DNA from: Desulfocapsa sulfexigens DSM 10523
GTDB taxonomy: Bacteria > Desulfobacterota > Desulfobulbia > Desulfobulbales > Desulfocapsaceae
Length of the DNA stretch: 32,000 nt
Direction: 5' to 3'
Assembly: GCF_000341395.1 (NCBI RefSeq)
Contig: NC_020304.1
Span: 2,790,001-2,822,000 of the forward strand
This document shows, piece after piece, positions 1-10,328 of the stretch; positions within the stretch are counted from its first letter, which is position 1; every line of letters starts with the position of its first letter. Made by a program: the position numbers and the translations under genes. Under the pieces are notes generated by a model that had not been told where the DNA came from, did no database searches, and was given only the letters and a program-made list of their open reading frames with translations.

Positions 1-472
1 TTTACTCGATAGTATTACTCGTCTGGCCAGAGCCTATAATACCGTTACACCCTCCAGTGGTAAAATCCTCTCAGGTGGTGTTGAAGCCAACGCCCTGCAT
101 CGTCCGAAACGTTTTTTTGGTGCTGCCAGAAATATTGAAGAGGGAGGCAGTTTAACCATTATAGCCTCAGCTCTTATTGATACAGGTAGTCGTATGGATG
201 AGGTTATCTTCGAAGAGTTCAAGGGAACTGGTAATATGGAAGTTGTCCTTGATAGAAAGATGTCAGACCGACGAGTGTATCCCGCCATTGATGTGAAAAA
301 ATCCGGAACCCGAAAGGAAGATCTGCTTCTCGAGCCTGTTCTTTTAAATCGTGTCTGGATATTGAGGAAGCTGCTGGCTTCCATGAATCCTGCCAGTGGA
401 ATGGAGTTTATTATTGATAAATTGAAGCAGCATGAGACAAACGCGGAATTTATTGATTCCATGAACAGCTGA
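1..472 (+). CDS. rho: Transcription termination factor Rho, C-terminal part (5' end outside window)
   Basis: Frame starting at base 2 reads [104 protein letters not shown].., the highly conserved Rho C-terminal sequence; stop at 470-472. Confidence 0.97.
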   Translation, partial: LLDSITRLARAYNTVTPSSGKILSGGVEANALHRPKRFFGAARNIEEGGSLTIIASALIDTGSRMDEVIFEEFKGTGNMEVVLDRKMSDRRVYPAIDVKKSGTRKEDLLLEPVLLNRVWILRKLLASMNPASGMEFIIDKLKQHETNAEFIDSMNS

Positions 473-495
473 TTGTAACCGCTGTTTCTTTTTTT
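464..495 (+). terminator. Putative intrinsic terminator downstream of rho
   Basis: Inverted repeat AACAGC (464-469) / GCTGTT (481-486) followed by a T-rich tract (TTTCTTTTTTT, 485-495); it overlaps the rho stop codon. Confidence 0.55.
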
Positions 496-615
496 ATTGT
501 ACTAATAGATGTTTTTGGTTGAAATTCTTATCTGGTTTTATTATTCTTTTACTCTTTTGAGATAAAAAACAAACGTGTGCCGAAAGGTCACTCCTCTTTT
601 TAAGGAACATTAATT

Positions 616-831
616 ATGAAAAGCGACATACATCCTGAATACCACAAAGTTACTGCCGTTTGTGGTTGTGGCAATACGGTTGAGCTGGGTTCTGTAAATG
701 AAGAGATGGTTGTGGAAATCTGTTCTGCCTGCCATCCATTTTTCACTGGAAAGCAAAAACTGATTGATACCGCCGGACGGATTGAGAAATTCAAGAAACG
801 CTACGCCAAGCATTACGAAACAAAGAAATAG
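616..831 (+). CDS. rpmE: 50S ribosomal protein L31 (Cys-containing, zinc-binding type)
   Basis: 71 aa [57 protein letters not shown]; typical L31 with CxC..CxxC cysteines. Confidence 0.96.
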   Translation: MKSDIHPEYHKVTAVCGCGNTVELGSVNEEMVVEICSACHPFFTGKQKLIDTAGRIEKFKKRYAKHYETKK

Positions 832-1029
832 AGACAACAGTTTGCTAGCTAGTGCTTTCGATTGTTTGTGTTGCATAGCCTGCTGGCTGGAGCATCACAA
901 TCATACTCACGCTTAACAAGCACTTCTAACACTCACATTCCATTTCTGTTTTATGTTGATCCACAGTCTGTATAGCAGGTTGTGGATTTTCTGTTTTTAT
1001 TCAAATGTATTATTCCCAGGTATTCTTTC

Positions 1030-2100
1030 ATGATAGATAAACTTACTGACCTTGACGAAAAAATATCTCACCTCGAAGGAAGGCTTTCGGATCCGTCACT
1101 GATTTCTGACCAGAAAGCATACCAGAGAGTTGCGCAGGAACATTCTCATCTGACCAAACTCCAATCCTTATATGGCAAGCTCGACTTGGTTCTTGCTGAT
1201 ATAGCTGACAATCGAGAGCTTATTCAAGAGGGAGATGAAGATCCTGAATTACTCGAGCTTGCACGCGAAGAGATGGAAGAGCTTCTCGAAAAGGAAAAAA
1301 GCCTTGAGCAGGCAATCCTCATTTTGCTTTTACCAAAAGATCCAAATGATGAACGCAACACCTTTCTAGAGATTCGTGCAGGGACCGGTGGGGATGAAGC
1401 CGCACTTTTTGTCGGCGATCTCTTTCGTATGTATTCCCGTTACGCTGAATCCATGGGATGGAAGGTTGAGATTATGAGTTCTAGTCCTCTCGGGATAGGC
1501 GGCTTTAAGGAAATAATTGCGCTTATCAGTGGAGATGCTGTTTTTTCAAGACTCAAGTATGAGAGTGGGGTGCATCGTGTTCAGCGTGTCCCCGAAACAG
1601 AAACCCAGGGGCGTATTCATACCTCGGCTGTCACCGTTGCAATCCTGCCCGAAGCTGATGAGGTGGAACTCAATATTAATCCAAGCGAATTGAAATTTGA
1701 TGTTTACCGTGCTTCAGGTCCCGGTGGCCAGTCTGTTAATACCACTGATTCCGCTGTTCGTATTACTCATTTGCCCACAGGACTAGTGGTAACCTGTCAG
1801 GATGAGAAGTCGCAGCATAAGAACAAGGCCAAAGCTCTTACCGTTCTTCGGGCACGTCTTCTTGATAAGATGGAACAGGAGCACCATGATAAAATATCCG
1901 AATCAAGGCGGAGCCAGGTTGGAACAGGTGACCGAAGTGAACGTATTCGAACCTACAATTTCCCGCAGGGGAGAATGACCGACCATCGAATCAATCTGAC
2001 CCTCTATAAACTTGATTCCATTATCGCCGGTAAGCTGGACGATGTTCTTAGGCCACTTATCACACATGATCAGGAAGAAAAACTGAAATTGATTCAATAG
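1030..2100 (+). CDS. prfA: Peptide chain release factor 1
   Basis: [23 protein letters not shown].. with the [25 protein letters not shown] and [26 protein letters not shown] (GGQ) motifs. ORF track opens at 982 but the internal ATG at 1030 is the homologous start. Confidence 0.96.
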   Translation: MIDKLTDLDEKISHLEGRLSDPSLISDQKAYQRVAQEHSHLTKLQSLYGKLDLVLADIADNRELIQEGDEDPELLELAREEMEELLEKEKSLEQAILILLLPKDPNDERNTFLEIRAGTGGDEAALFVGDLFRMYSRYAESMGWKVEIMSSSPLGIGGFKEIIALISGDAVFSRLKYESGVHRVQRVPETETQGRIHTSAVTVAILPEADEVELNINPSELKFDVYRASGPGGQSVNTTDSAVRITHLPTGLVVTCQDEKSQHKNKAKALTVLRARLLDKMEQEHHDKISESRRSQVGTGDRSERIRTYNFPQGRMTDHRINLTLYKLDSIIAGKLDDVLRPLITHDQEEKLKLIQ

Positions 2101-2170
2101 GCCGCGTTCACTATCCGGTATCTCCGGGATTTTGGCCGTACAAGTGAAATATCAGGCTTAAGGGCGATTT

Positions 2171-3046
2171 GTGCAGATTCGTGAAATTCTTAAGAGTGCC
2201 TCTGCAGCACTTGTCAGATCTGGGGTTGATACTCCTGAGCTTGATTCTGCTTTGCTCCTTGGCCATTGTCTCGGAAAATCTCGTACAGAGTTATATCTGA
2301 TGGCTTCAGAAGAGCTTGACTCTGAAATAGAAAGAAAATTCCTCAAACTGCTGCAGCGTCGCCAACAAAGAGAACCTCTTGCCTATATTCTTTGCGTTCA
2401 GGAATTCTGGTCTCTCGATTTTCATGTTACCCCCGATGTCTTGATTCCCCGTCCGGAGACGGAATTGCTAGTTGAGCGCGGTATTGCTCTCTGGAAGGAT
2501 GGGGGGCAATCCAGAGGCGCTATTCTTGATCTTTGTACCGGGAGTGGCATCATCGCAGTTGTCCTCGCTAAAGAGCTGGATCGACCTGTGATTGCAGTTG
2601 ATGTTTCCATGAGAGCTCTTCAGGTGGCCAGGAAAAATGCCGAACTCCACGGAGTTTCCCATCTTGTTTCCTTTGTCCAGAGTGATCTTCTCACCGCTTT
2701 TTCTTCCAGACCTTATTTTTCTCTTGTTCTCTCAAATCCACCATATGTGAGTATTCAGGATTTGCAGGATGGCCTGCAGGCCGAAGTCGACCAATATGAA
2801 CCACATCTTGCCCTGGATGGCGGCGATCGTGGACTTGAGATTATTAGGCGTATTCAACAGCAACTTATCCCGCAACTTCTACCAGGGGCAAATTTACTGA
2901 TGGAAATAGGTGCAGATCAGGGAACTGACTTGTTATCTATATTTTCACCAGAATCAGCAGGATCGGAAATTTTTGAGGAAGTTCGGGTAGAGAAGGATTA
3001 CAGTAATCATGATCGAATCTTTCATGGGAAAGTGAAAACCAGCTAA
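2171..3046 (+). CDS. prmC: Peptide chain release factor N(5)-glutamine methyltransferase
   Basis: GTG start with upstream AAGGG; SAM-binding LDLCTGSGIIAVVLAKE and catalytic NPPY (SNPPYVS) motifs; directly downstream of prfA as usual. Confidence 0.94.
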   Translation: MQIREILKSASAALVRSGVDTPELDSALLLGHCLGKSRTELYLMASEELDSEIERKFLKLLQRRQQREPLAYILCVQEFWSLDFHVTPDVLIPRPETELLVERGIALWKDGGQSRGAILDLCTGSGIIAVVLAKELDRPVIAVDVSMRALQVARKNAELHGVSHLVSFVQSDLLTAFSSRPYFSLVLSNPPYVSIQDLQDGLQAEVDQYEPHLALDGGDRGLEIIRRIQQQLIPQLLPGANLLMEIGADQGTDLLSIFSPESAGSEIFEEVRVEKDYSNHDRIFHGKVKTS

Positions 3047-3088
3047 CAGACAACTGTTATAAAACTGCTATACAACTGTTCAGGTGAT

Positions 3089-4363
3089 TTGGAGATGGAA
3101 AAATTAGTTATTGAAGGTGGTAACCTTCTGCACGGTGAAGTGAGGATCAGCGGAGCCAAGAATGCAGCCCTGCCGCTGATAGCCGCAAGTCTATTGGCAC
3201 CCGGTATCCATGTCCTCCATAATGTCCCTGATCTTCGAGACACCAGGACCATTCTTCGTCTTCTTGAATCTCTTGGCCTGAGCTGGGAGCGTGAAGGTTC
3301 AACTCTCAGGATAGACGGTAGCGGTTTGCGTTACTCCGAAGCCTCCTATGAACTTGTTAAAACCATGAGAGCGTCCGTTCTTGTACTTGGACCTCTGCTG
3401 GCAAGGCTTGGGCGAGCGAAGGTGTCACTTCCAGGAGGCTGTGCCATAGGGGCACGCCCTATTAATTTTCATCTTATGGGCTTTGAACAGCTCGGGGTCA
3501 CCTGTGATCTTGCTCATGGCTATGTCGATGCTCATATTGAAGGAAGAATGCAGGGGGGAACAGTTTACTTTGATATCCCTTCGGTTACCGGTACCGAAAA
3601 TCTGCTTATGGCTGCAGCGCTTGCAAAGGGGACCACGGTTATAAAAAATGCCGCACGGGAACCTGAGATAGGTAACCTTGTTAATATGCTAAATGCCATG
3701 GGAGCTGATATTGAAGGGCGTGACAGTGAACGGTTGACAATCCACGGTGTAGAAAATCTCACAGCAGCAGAAAGTACTATCATTCCCGATAGAATCGAGG
3801 CTGGAACCTATGCCATAGCAATAGCTGCAGCTGGTGGAGATGCTGTCATTAGCAACTGCAATCCTGGTCATTTGCCATCCCTCGTAGAAAAGCTGCGAAG
3901 CGCAGGTGTAGAAGTGGAGGTCGGTGATGATTTTCTTCACGTAGCATCCGACAGAGCACGTACTATTCGGCCGGTCAATATCACCACCATGCCATATCCC
4001 GGATATCCCACTGATCTTCAGGCACAATTCATGGCTCTTATGGCTGGCTGCAAAGGTCTGAGTGTGATCCATGAAACCATTTTTGAAAACAGATTTATGC
4101 ATGTTGCCGAGTTGAAACGTATGGGAGCCGACATCCAGATTGATGGTAGGGTCGCCATGGTTAAAGGCCTGGGAGACGTTCCATTGACTGGAGCGCAGGT
4201 TATGGCCACGGATCTCCGAGCCAGTTCGTCACTGGTCATCGCCGGCCTTGCGGCTGAAGGCCGGACAGAAATATCGAGAATTTACCACCTCGAACGCGGC
4301 TATGAGGATCTTGTCGGTAAGCTCACGGCCGTTGGGGCCAGGGTTTGGAAGGAAGATGAATGA
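3089..4363 (+). CDS. murA: UDP-N-acetylglucosamine 1-carboxyvinyltransferase
   Basis: [37 protein letters not shown]..; [23 protein letters not shown]; [21 protein letters not shown] at 3089 or 3095. Confidence 0.96.
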   Translation: MEMEKLVIEGGNLLHGEVRISGAKNAALPLIAASLLAPGIHVLHNVPDLRDTRTILRLLESLGLSWEREGSTLRIDGSGLRYSEASYELVKTMRASVLVLGPLLARLGRAKVSLPGGCAIGARPINFHLMGFEQLGVTCDLAHGYVDAHIEGRMQGGTVYFDIPSVTGTENLLMAAALAKGTTVIKNAAREPEIGNLVNMLNAMGADIEGRDSERLTIHGVENLTAAESTIIPDRIEAGTYAIAIAAAGGDAVISNCNPGHLPSLVEKLRSAGVEVEVGDDFLHVASDRARTIRPVNITTMPYPGYPTDLQAQFMALMAGCKGLSVIHETIFENRFMHVAELKRMGADIQIDGRVAMVKGLGDVPLTGAQVMATDLRASSSLVIAGLAAEGRTEISRIYHLERGYEDLVGKLTAVGARVWKEDE

Positions 4364-4384
4364 TTGATTGCAGCAGTTGAAGGA

Positions 4385-6100
4385 CTACGGAAGCGGAAAG
4401 TTGACTGTGAACTTTGCTCCGCCTAGAGAAGATTTGCCAACCTCTATGCTTCCATTATGTTCTGTCATCATCTGTTTAACGATCGCAAGTCCCAGGCCAG
4501 TGCCATCAACTCGTCTGGTATAGAAAGGTTCGAATATTTTTTCCTCTTTACCGGGGGTGATACCAGGCCCATTGTCTTCCACTGTTATCTGAATAGTATC
4601 AGCTCCGTCTTCTCCCTTAATTTCCACGGCCTTTATTCGTATTTTTTCATCTCCAAGAGGTGTGAACGCCAAGGCGTTCTGAAGGAGATGATTCAGGATT
4701 GTGAAAAGCTGATACTGGTCGGCCCAGATATCGACGACGCTATCGATATCAATGTCCAGCACGCATTTCTCGGGCCAGGAAGCTGCCATTCTCGCAACCT
4801 CAAGGACTTCATTGAGGCAGCGTTTCAACGAGAACCAATCGTTTTCGGCATTCTCAGGACGTGCAAATTTAAGAAAATCGGAGACCGTATTTGAAAGACG
4901 ATTCGATTCTCTCAGGATAATAGTGATTAACTCTGTATTTGTTTCCTGTTGCGAGGATTGCATCTGGCTCAACTCATTAGCAAGTACCTGGGCGGATCCG
5001 GAAATGGCAGTGAGTGGATTCCTGAAATCATGGGCAATTCCGGCACTCATTCTTCCTATGGCAGCAAGCTTTTCAGCCTGTTGCATCTGTTTTTCCAATC
5101 GTTCCACTTCACTGATGTCCTGAATGGTGATAACCCTGCAATTTGCACAGAAATCATCAGTGTCTTTGTAATTTTTAGCCGGCTGATTGTACTGCAATTT
5201 AGCATACGAGTAGCCGATTCGGGTAGGCTCGCCGTCTTTTCTTTGTAATTCAGCAGAATGCCGTGAGCCCTGATCTGTAAAACTGACATTGGGGAAGATG
5301 CTATGGAAATCCTCGTCGAGTAACTCATCAACAGAATAACCGGTAATCTGGGCAGCGGCATTATTAACTGAGGTGATTCTATTCCGGTCATCTGTTGTAA
5401 CAATACCTGTGCTGATATCATCAAATATCTGTTTGTACAAAAGACTGAGCCTGCCAAAATCACGGACGGAATCAGATAGGGCATCCTCTGTTCTACGCAG
5501 GCGTCCGGCGAAAAGACTGCTCAGGATAGCTGCTAGAAAGAATGTCAGTCCGTAAACGGCAAAAAGATTTAGCGTTGCCAGTATATCTCGTGCATTGTCG
5601 TATAAGGGAACTCTGAGGAAATCCGGAAAGATTTTATAGTATTCCAGTATCAGTACAACGGCGAATTGCAGAGTTGTCGCCCCTGCAGCGATGAGTCCTC
5701 CGAGGCGGGGTAGTATCAGGCCACCGGCTATAATCGGAAAGAAAAAAATTGGTGAGAATATCGATTGTGAGGCACCGGTGTAATAGACCAGAGACGAAAT
5801 AAAAAAGGTGTCGAGGAGGATCTGTTCAAGACCAAACCGTCTTGGATCACGATTTGCCTTAAGGAGAAACAGACCGGATCCTATGGATGTTGCGTAAACA
5901 AGAATGATAAAGAAAAACAAATGGGCTGGGGGAAGGACAATTACATTAAATTGTCCAGACTGCAGGTATGCACTTATCCCAAGGATAAGGGTGTAGAGGA
6001 CAACTCGAAGAAAAAGCATCCAGAGCAACTGGTTTATAAGTAACCTGTGGATCGTTTTTCTATGTGAAACAGGTTTTCCTTCAGGTGGTAATAAGGTCAT
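4385..6100 (-). CDS. Membrane PAS-domain sensor histidine kinase, PilS/NtrB-like
   Basis: N-terminal multi-TM region, PAS-like segment (ITSVNNAAAQITGYSVDELL), H-box LAAIGRMSAGIAHDFRNPLTAISGSAQVL, ATPase motifs DNGPGITPGKEEKIFEPF / GTGLGLAIVKQ; located 8 bp upstream of a sigma54 response regulator. Confidence 0.9.
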   Translation of the reverse strand: MTLLPPEGKPVSHRKTIHRLLINQLLWMLFLRVVLYTLILGISAYLQSGQFNVIVLPPAHLFFFIILVYATSIGSGLFLLKANRDPRRFGLEQILLDTFFISSLVYYTGASQSIFSPIFFFPIIAGGLILPRLGGLIAAGATTLQFAVVLILEYYKIFPDFLRVPLYDNARDILATLNLFAVYGLTFFLAAILSSLFAGRLRRTEDALSDSVRDFGRLSLLYKQIFDDISTGIVTTDDRNRITSVNNAAAQITGYSVDELLDEDFHSIFPNVSFTDQGSRHSAELQRKDGEPTRIGYSYAKLQYNQPAKNYKDTDDFCANCRVITIQDISEVERLEKQMQQAEKLAAIGRMSAGIAHDFRNPLTAISGSAQVLANELSQMQSSQQETNTELITIILRESNRLSNTVSDFLKFARPENAENDWFSLKRCLNEVLEVARMAASWPEKCVLDIDIDSVVDIWADQYQLFTILNHLLQNALAFTPLGDEKIRIKAVEIKGEDGADTIQITVEDNGPGITPGKEEKIFEPFYTRRVDGTGLGLAIVKQMMTEHNGSIEVGKSSLGGAKFTVNFPLP

Positions 6101-6107
6101 TTGCCGA

Positions 6108-7484
6108 TTACTCTATATCATACTTTTTGACTTTGTAGCGGAGCGACCTGAAACTGATGCGAAGAAGCTCAGCTGCCCGCATTTTTGAATTACCGCTTTT
6201 TTCGAGGGCAGCCATGAGAAATCTTTTTTCAGTTTCAGCCATTACCTCTTCAAGGCCTCGGCTGAAAAGTTCTTCCTCATCAGATACCACCTGGAAGGGG
6301 GATGGTGCCTGGTTGTTGTCCTCACTTTCTAAAAATCGAAAAGTGGAAAGAGTCAAGCTTTCCGGAAGGATAATGTTTGATGTTTCGAGTGCCACACCAC
6401 GTTCAATGATATTTTCAAGTTCCCGGACATTGCCAGGGAAATCATATTTCATTAAAACTTCCATCGCGTAGGATGACATTTCCTGGACCTCTTTATCAAA
6501 CAACTTTGAGTATTTCTTCAGAAAAAAATCAACGAGAAGCGGAACATCTCCTTTTCGTTCGCGAAGGGGAGGGACTCTGAGCGGGACAACAGCTAGTCTG
6601 TAGAAAAGGTCCTCTCTGAAGCGTCCGGCCATAATCTCTTCTTCGAGAATTCTGTTGGTTGCTGCAATGATCCGGACATTGACATTCTGGATCTCAACAC
6701 TACCAACCGGTTTGACTTGACGCTCCTGTAAAACCCGCAATAACTTTGTCTGAATGATCGGCGTGAGTTCCCCTATCTCATCTAGAAATGCTGTTCCATT
6801 GTTGGCAAGCTGAAACAAGCCTTTTTTGTCGCCGATGGCACCGGTGAAGGATCCCTTCACATGACCAAAGAGCTCACTTTCCATCAGCTCTTCCGGAATG
6901 GCACTGCAAGTAATGGGAACAAATGCGTGTTCTGCGACCTTTGAATGGCGATGAATTGCCTGGGCGACAAGTTCTTTGCCTGTGCCAGATTCGCCATAGA
7001 TAAGAACATTTGCAGGGGTAATGGCAATACGCTGGATCATTTCAAAAATCTTGACCATTTCGCGACTTTCACCAATTATTTCAGGAAACGCTGCAGAAAT
7101 GGATTTTGCCTCGGCGCTCCGTTTCCCCTTGGAAGTAGCGGAACAGATAACGGATTTGATTTCATCAACATTAAAGGGTTTGCTGATATAATCAAAGGCC
7201 CCGTTCTTCATGGCAAAGACGGCATCATCCGGTGAGGCAAATGCTGTTATCATAACAACGGGAAGTGTTGGGTATTTCTCTTTGACAGCATTCAGGAGTT
7301 CAAGGCCACTCATGCCGTCCATGCGGATGTCGGTGATAACCAGGTCGAATGTCTTTTCTTCGAAATATTCCAGTGCCTGGCGACCACCGGGCGCGGTTTC
7401 AACCTCATAACCCTCTTTCTTAAGAAGGATTTTAAGGAAGTCACGCATGCTGCGTTCATCATCAACGACGAGGATCGAGGTCAT
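6108..7484 (-). CDS. Sigma-54 dependent response regulator, NtrC/PilR-like
   Basis: Receiver domain (ILVVDDERSMRDFLKILL..VITDIRMDGMSGLELL..), AAA+ domain with GESGTGKE Walker A and ELFGHVKGSFTGA loop, C-terminal HTH (ELLRISFRSLRYKVKKY). ORF opens at 7592; the likely start is the ATG at 7484. Confidence 0.93.
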   Translation of the reverse strand: MTSILVVDDERSMRDFLKILLKKEGYEVETAPGGRQALEYFEEKTFDLVITDIRMDGMSGLELLNAVKEKYPTLPVVMITAFASPDDAVFAMKNGAFDYISKPFNVDEIKSVICSATSKGKRSAEAKSISAAFPEIIGESREMVKIFEMIQRIAITPANVLIYGESGTGKELVAQAIHRHSKVAEHAFVPITCSAIPEELMESELFGHVKGSFTGAIGDKKGLFQLANNGTAFLDEIGELTPIIQTKLLRVLQERQVKPVGSVEIQNVNVRIIAATNRILEEEIMAGRFREDLFYRLAVVPLRVPPLRERKGDVPLLVDFFLKKYSKLFDKEVQEMSSYAMEVLMKYDFPGNVRELENIIERGVALETSNIILPESLTLSTFRFLESEDNNQAPSPFQVVSDEEELFSRGLEEVMAETEKRFLMAALEKSGNSKMRAAELLRISFRSLRYKVKKYDIE

Positions 7485-7572
7485 GGTTTCGTTTGTGGAG
7501 GGTGAAAAAGCTTTACTTGTTTTCTGTTGTGATAGATTCAATCTACTGCATTCATCAGAACTTATCCAATCC

Positions 7573-7851
7573 TTAAATTTTTGAAAATTCAAAATCCCTG
7601 ATGAGCGCCTCTTTGTCTGTCCTGTTGAGACGTTTGATTGCGTACTCTCGGGAGGAGGCTAAGGATCGTGAGTCCTGTTGTTCAATATAGACAAGATAAA
7701 CGGGTCTACGGCCACGAGTGTACTTTGCACCTTTGGTGGAATGATTGTGTTCCAGGAGTCGTTGATCCGGATTGGTTGTTATTCCGGTATAGAGTGAGTT
7801 GTCTTTGCATCGAAGAATATATACAAACCAGGGAAAAGAATTTTCAGGCAC
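7573..7851 (-). CDS. GIY-YIG superfamily (YhbQ/UvrC N-terminal-like) nuclease domain protein
   Basis: FVYILRCKDNSLYTGITTNPDQRLLEHN..GAKYTRGRRPVYLVYIE; GTG start with GGAG 6 nt upstream. Confidence 0.85.
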   Translation of the reverse strand: MPENSFPWFVYILRCKDNSLYTGITTNPDQRLLEHNHSTKGAKYTRGRRPVYLVYIEQQDSRSLASSREYAIKRLNRTDKEALIRDFEFSKI

Positions 7852-8122
7852 CTGTTACTCCATTCAAAAAGAGGACTCTCATTTATTTCACCCATATCTT
7901 CGGTCATCATGTTCCAGCCATAGCAGTTAGGGCAATCAGGATTACCATGAAAAAATACATGGTAAGCACACATCGTCATCCTCTATATACAACCGTATCA
8001 GAACCTGAGCAATGGGGGAAATTTTGTCCAGTTCCTTGTGCATTGTCTCGCTCTTCTCTTGTCAGAAAGTGGGATTTGCTGTATTAAGAGCAGGGAAAAG
8101 CTATGATTTCAAGGAGAGTATA

Positions 8123-8955
8123 ATGAGTGAAAAGAGTGTTTCAGAAGAGACAAAGGCGATTGGAAGTGAACAGTCATTTGAGTCACAGGCTTTGACCGAT
8201 CATCTGCGTGAACTCCGTTCCTGCCTTATCAAATCACTCCTTGTGATTATTCTCGGTTTTGTCGCCTCCTATGCATTTATAAAACCTATCGGGACGTGGT
8301 TCTTCAAGCCTCTGATAGAGGTGCTTCCCGACAACAGTTCGCTGATTTTTACTTCGTATCAGGAAGGGTTTTTTTTTATCTAAAGCTCGCGCTTGTCTGT
8401 GGTCTGCTCCTCGCCAGTCCTGTGATTTTCTATCAAATATGGCGGTTTGTCGCTCCTGGTCTTTATAAACATGAAAAACGGGTAATTGTTCCCTTTACAT
8501 TTCTGTCCAGCGTCTGTTTTATTGGCGGCGCTGCTTTTGGCTATCTTGTCGTTTTCCCGCCAGCCTTTAAGTTTCTGGTTGGCTATTCCAATGAATATCT
8601 TACCTCGATGCCTGCGGTAAGTGAATATTTTTCACTTGCCCTACGCCTGCTAATTGCCTTTGGTGTCATTTTTGAGATGCCCATACTGATGGTGTTTCTT
8701 GCCAAGATGGGAATTGTGACGGTGCCCTTTCTCAACAAAAATCGTAAATATGCAATTCTCATTAACTTTATCATTGCTGCCATCCTCACCCCCACCCCTG
8801 ATGTTGTGAATCAGATGATGATGGGGATACCTCTGCTGATACTCTATGAAATCAGTGTGGTTGCTGTATACTTTTTTGGAAAGCAGACATTTATGGGGTT
8901 TCGTGAGTATGAGAGGGAAGCAACCGACACGGAGTTACTGGAAGACAAAGAATAA
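8123..8955 (+). CDS. tatC: Sec-independent protein translocase TatC, interrupted by an apparent -1 frameshift at a T9 run (frame 0: 8123-8383; -1 frame continues about 8377-8955)
   Basis: ATG at 8123 with upstream AAGGAG; LTDHLRELRSCLIKSLLVIILGFVASYAF..SLIFTSYQEGFFF in one frame continues as YLKLALVCGLLLASPVIFYQIWRFVAPGLYKHEKRVIVPFTFLSS.. in the -1 frame; joined product about 277 aa, normal TatC length. Confidence 0.9.
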
Positions 8956-9047
8956 CATTTCTGTCACTTCTGGATTTTCCACCCCTGATACGGTATAAGG
9001 GTGGGTAATAAATATTTCTGAAGAACATTTGAACCATGGAGATTATT

Positions 9048-10328
9048 ATGAGCAACAGTGCTGAATTCGTCAGACTTCTTGAAATCGGTCGCCCACCTAA
9101 TATTCAAAAACTTTTTCCCAATTCCCATGCCCTTCTTGTCAGTGGAAAGGTTATAGATCGGGCTATGATTGCTAAGGGCGGTGCCATGACCATTGCTGCC
9201 AATGCTCGCTCTACTTTTGTCGTTCGTGGCGCTCTACAGGCAGCACAGCGGGCCAACAGCGCTATTATCATTGAGATTGCCAGATCTGAAGGTGGAACCA
9301 ACGCATACTGCCCCGTGAGTCTCTGGAATATGGCTACGGTGGTGGACAGTATCTGTAATCAACTTGGTATTACAATTCCCGTTGCCATTCATGCTGATCA
9401 TTTTGGAATCAAAAAGGAAAGCGATATTGATCTGGCCAGGGTGGAAATAGCATCTATTTTTGATGCCGGAATAACGTCCATCGCCGTAGATGCATCTCAC
9501 ATGGAGGACGATAAAAATCTTCTTGCCAATATCGAACTCAATGCCTGTATTCCTGGATGGGCTGGTCTTGAAACAGAGGTTGGAGAAATTAAAGGAACTC
9601 TGGGACTGTCCACCGTCGATGACGCCTCATTTCTTATTAAAGGTCTGAATGCTCATGGCATCTGCCCTGATTGGATCGCATTGAACAATGGAAGTGTCCA
9701 TGGACTTGAGGCATCGGGGCAGGGGATTCAGGTTGAACTTACTGCTGATATCCACAGGGCTCTGGCTCCCTATGGCACGTCTGGTGCCCAGCATGGGACA
9801 TCCGGAAACAGCTCCGAGCGGCTTCGCGCCATATGTAAAAAAACCGCAACAACCAAAGCAAACGTTGCAACAGCCCTGCAGATGGTTTCCTGGGGTATTG
9901 AAGTAAATGACGATGGAAACGCCATTAGCGATGCTAGTGGAAGATTTGTAAAGATACCAGGAGAAGGGGTATCCGAAGAGATGTGGAAGCAGATGGTCTC
10001 CTACGCAGATGATAAGGGATGGAAGGGAGGAGACTATAAGAAATTAAATCTGCCCTTTGAAAACAGTCTTTGCAGTCAGGAAAAAGAGATTAGAGACAGG
10101 ATGTGTAAACGGGTTGAAGATTTTGTTTATAATATGCTTGTGAATGTTTTTTCTGCAGAAGGAACAGCTGACCTTGCCAAACAGGCAATTCTTGAGGCGG
10201 GGTCTTATGATCTTGGTTCTAAAGTTGGACGTATAGAAGATCCGGCGGATTGGACAAAGGAAAAAATTGTAGCACGAGCAGCAGAGTTAGACTCAGATAA
10301 AGGACCGGAAGGGGATTTTGATGACTGA
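9048..10328 (+). CDS. fba: Class II fructose-bisphosphate aldolase
   Basis: IPVAIHADHFGIK (HADH), AGITSIAVDASHMEDDKN, GLETEVGEIKG, WIALNNGSVHG; long (about 426 aa) class II aldolase form. ATG at 9048 preferred to the ORF start at 9036. Confidence 0.85.
   Translation: MSNSAEFVRLLEIGRPPNIQKLFPNSHALLVSGKVIDRAMIAKGGAMTIAANARSTFVVRGALQAAQRANSAIIIEIARSEGGTNAYCPVSLWNMATVVDSICNQLGITIPVAIHADHFGIKKESDIDLARVEIASIFDAGITSIAVDASHMEDDKNLLANIELNACIPGWAGLETEVGEIKGTLGLSTVDDASFLIKGLNAHGICPDWIALNNGSVHGLEASGQGIQVELTADIHRALAPYGTSGAQHGTSGNSSERLRAICKKTATTKANVATALQMVSWGIEVNDDGNAISDASGRFVKIPGEGVSEEMWKQMVSYADDKGWKGGDYKKLNLPFENSLCSQEKEIRDRMCKRVEDFVYNMLVNVFSAEGTADLAKQAILEAGSYDLGSKVGRIEDPADWTKEKIVARAAELDSDKGPEGDFDD

Noticed and set aside
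34-462. 142-aa minus-strand ORF over the rho C-terminus
   Set aside because: Opposite strand encodes unmistakable Rho; antisense ORF is composition-driven.
3689-4102. Minus-strand ORF within murA
   Set aside because: Shadow of conserved murA.
4457-5248. Plus-strand ORFs opposite the histidine kinase
   Set aside because: Antisense to well-conserved H-box and ATPase domains; no independent support.
8979-9004. Inverted repeat CCACCC / GGGTGG after tatC considered as an intrinsic terminator
   Set aside because: Only 6 bp with a 14-nt loop and no T-tract following; too weak to call.
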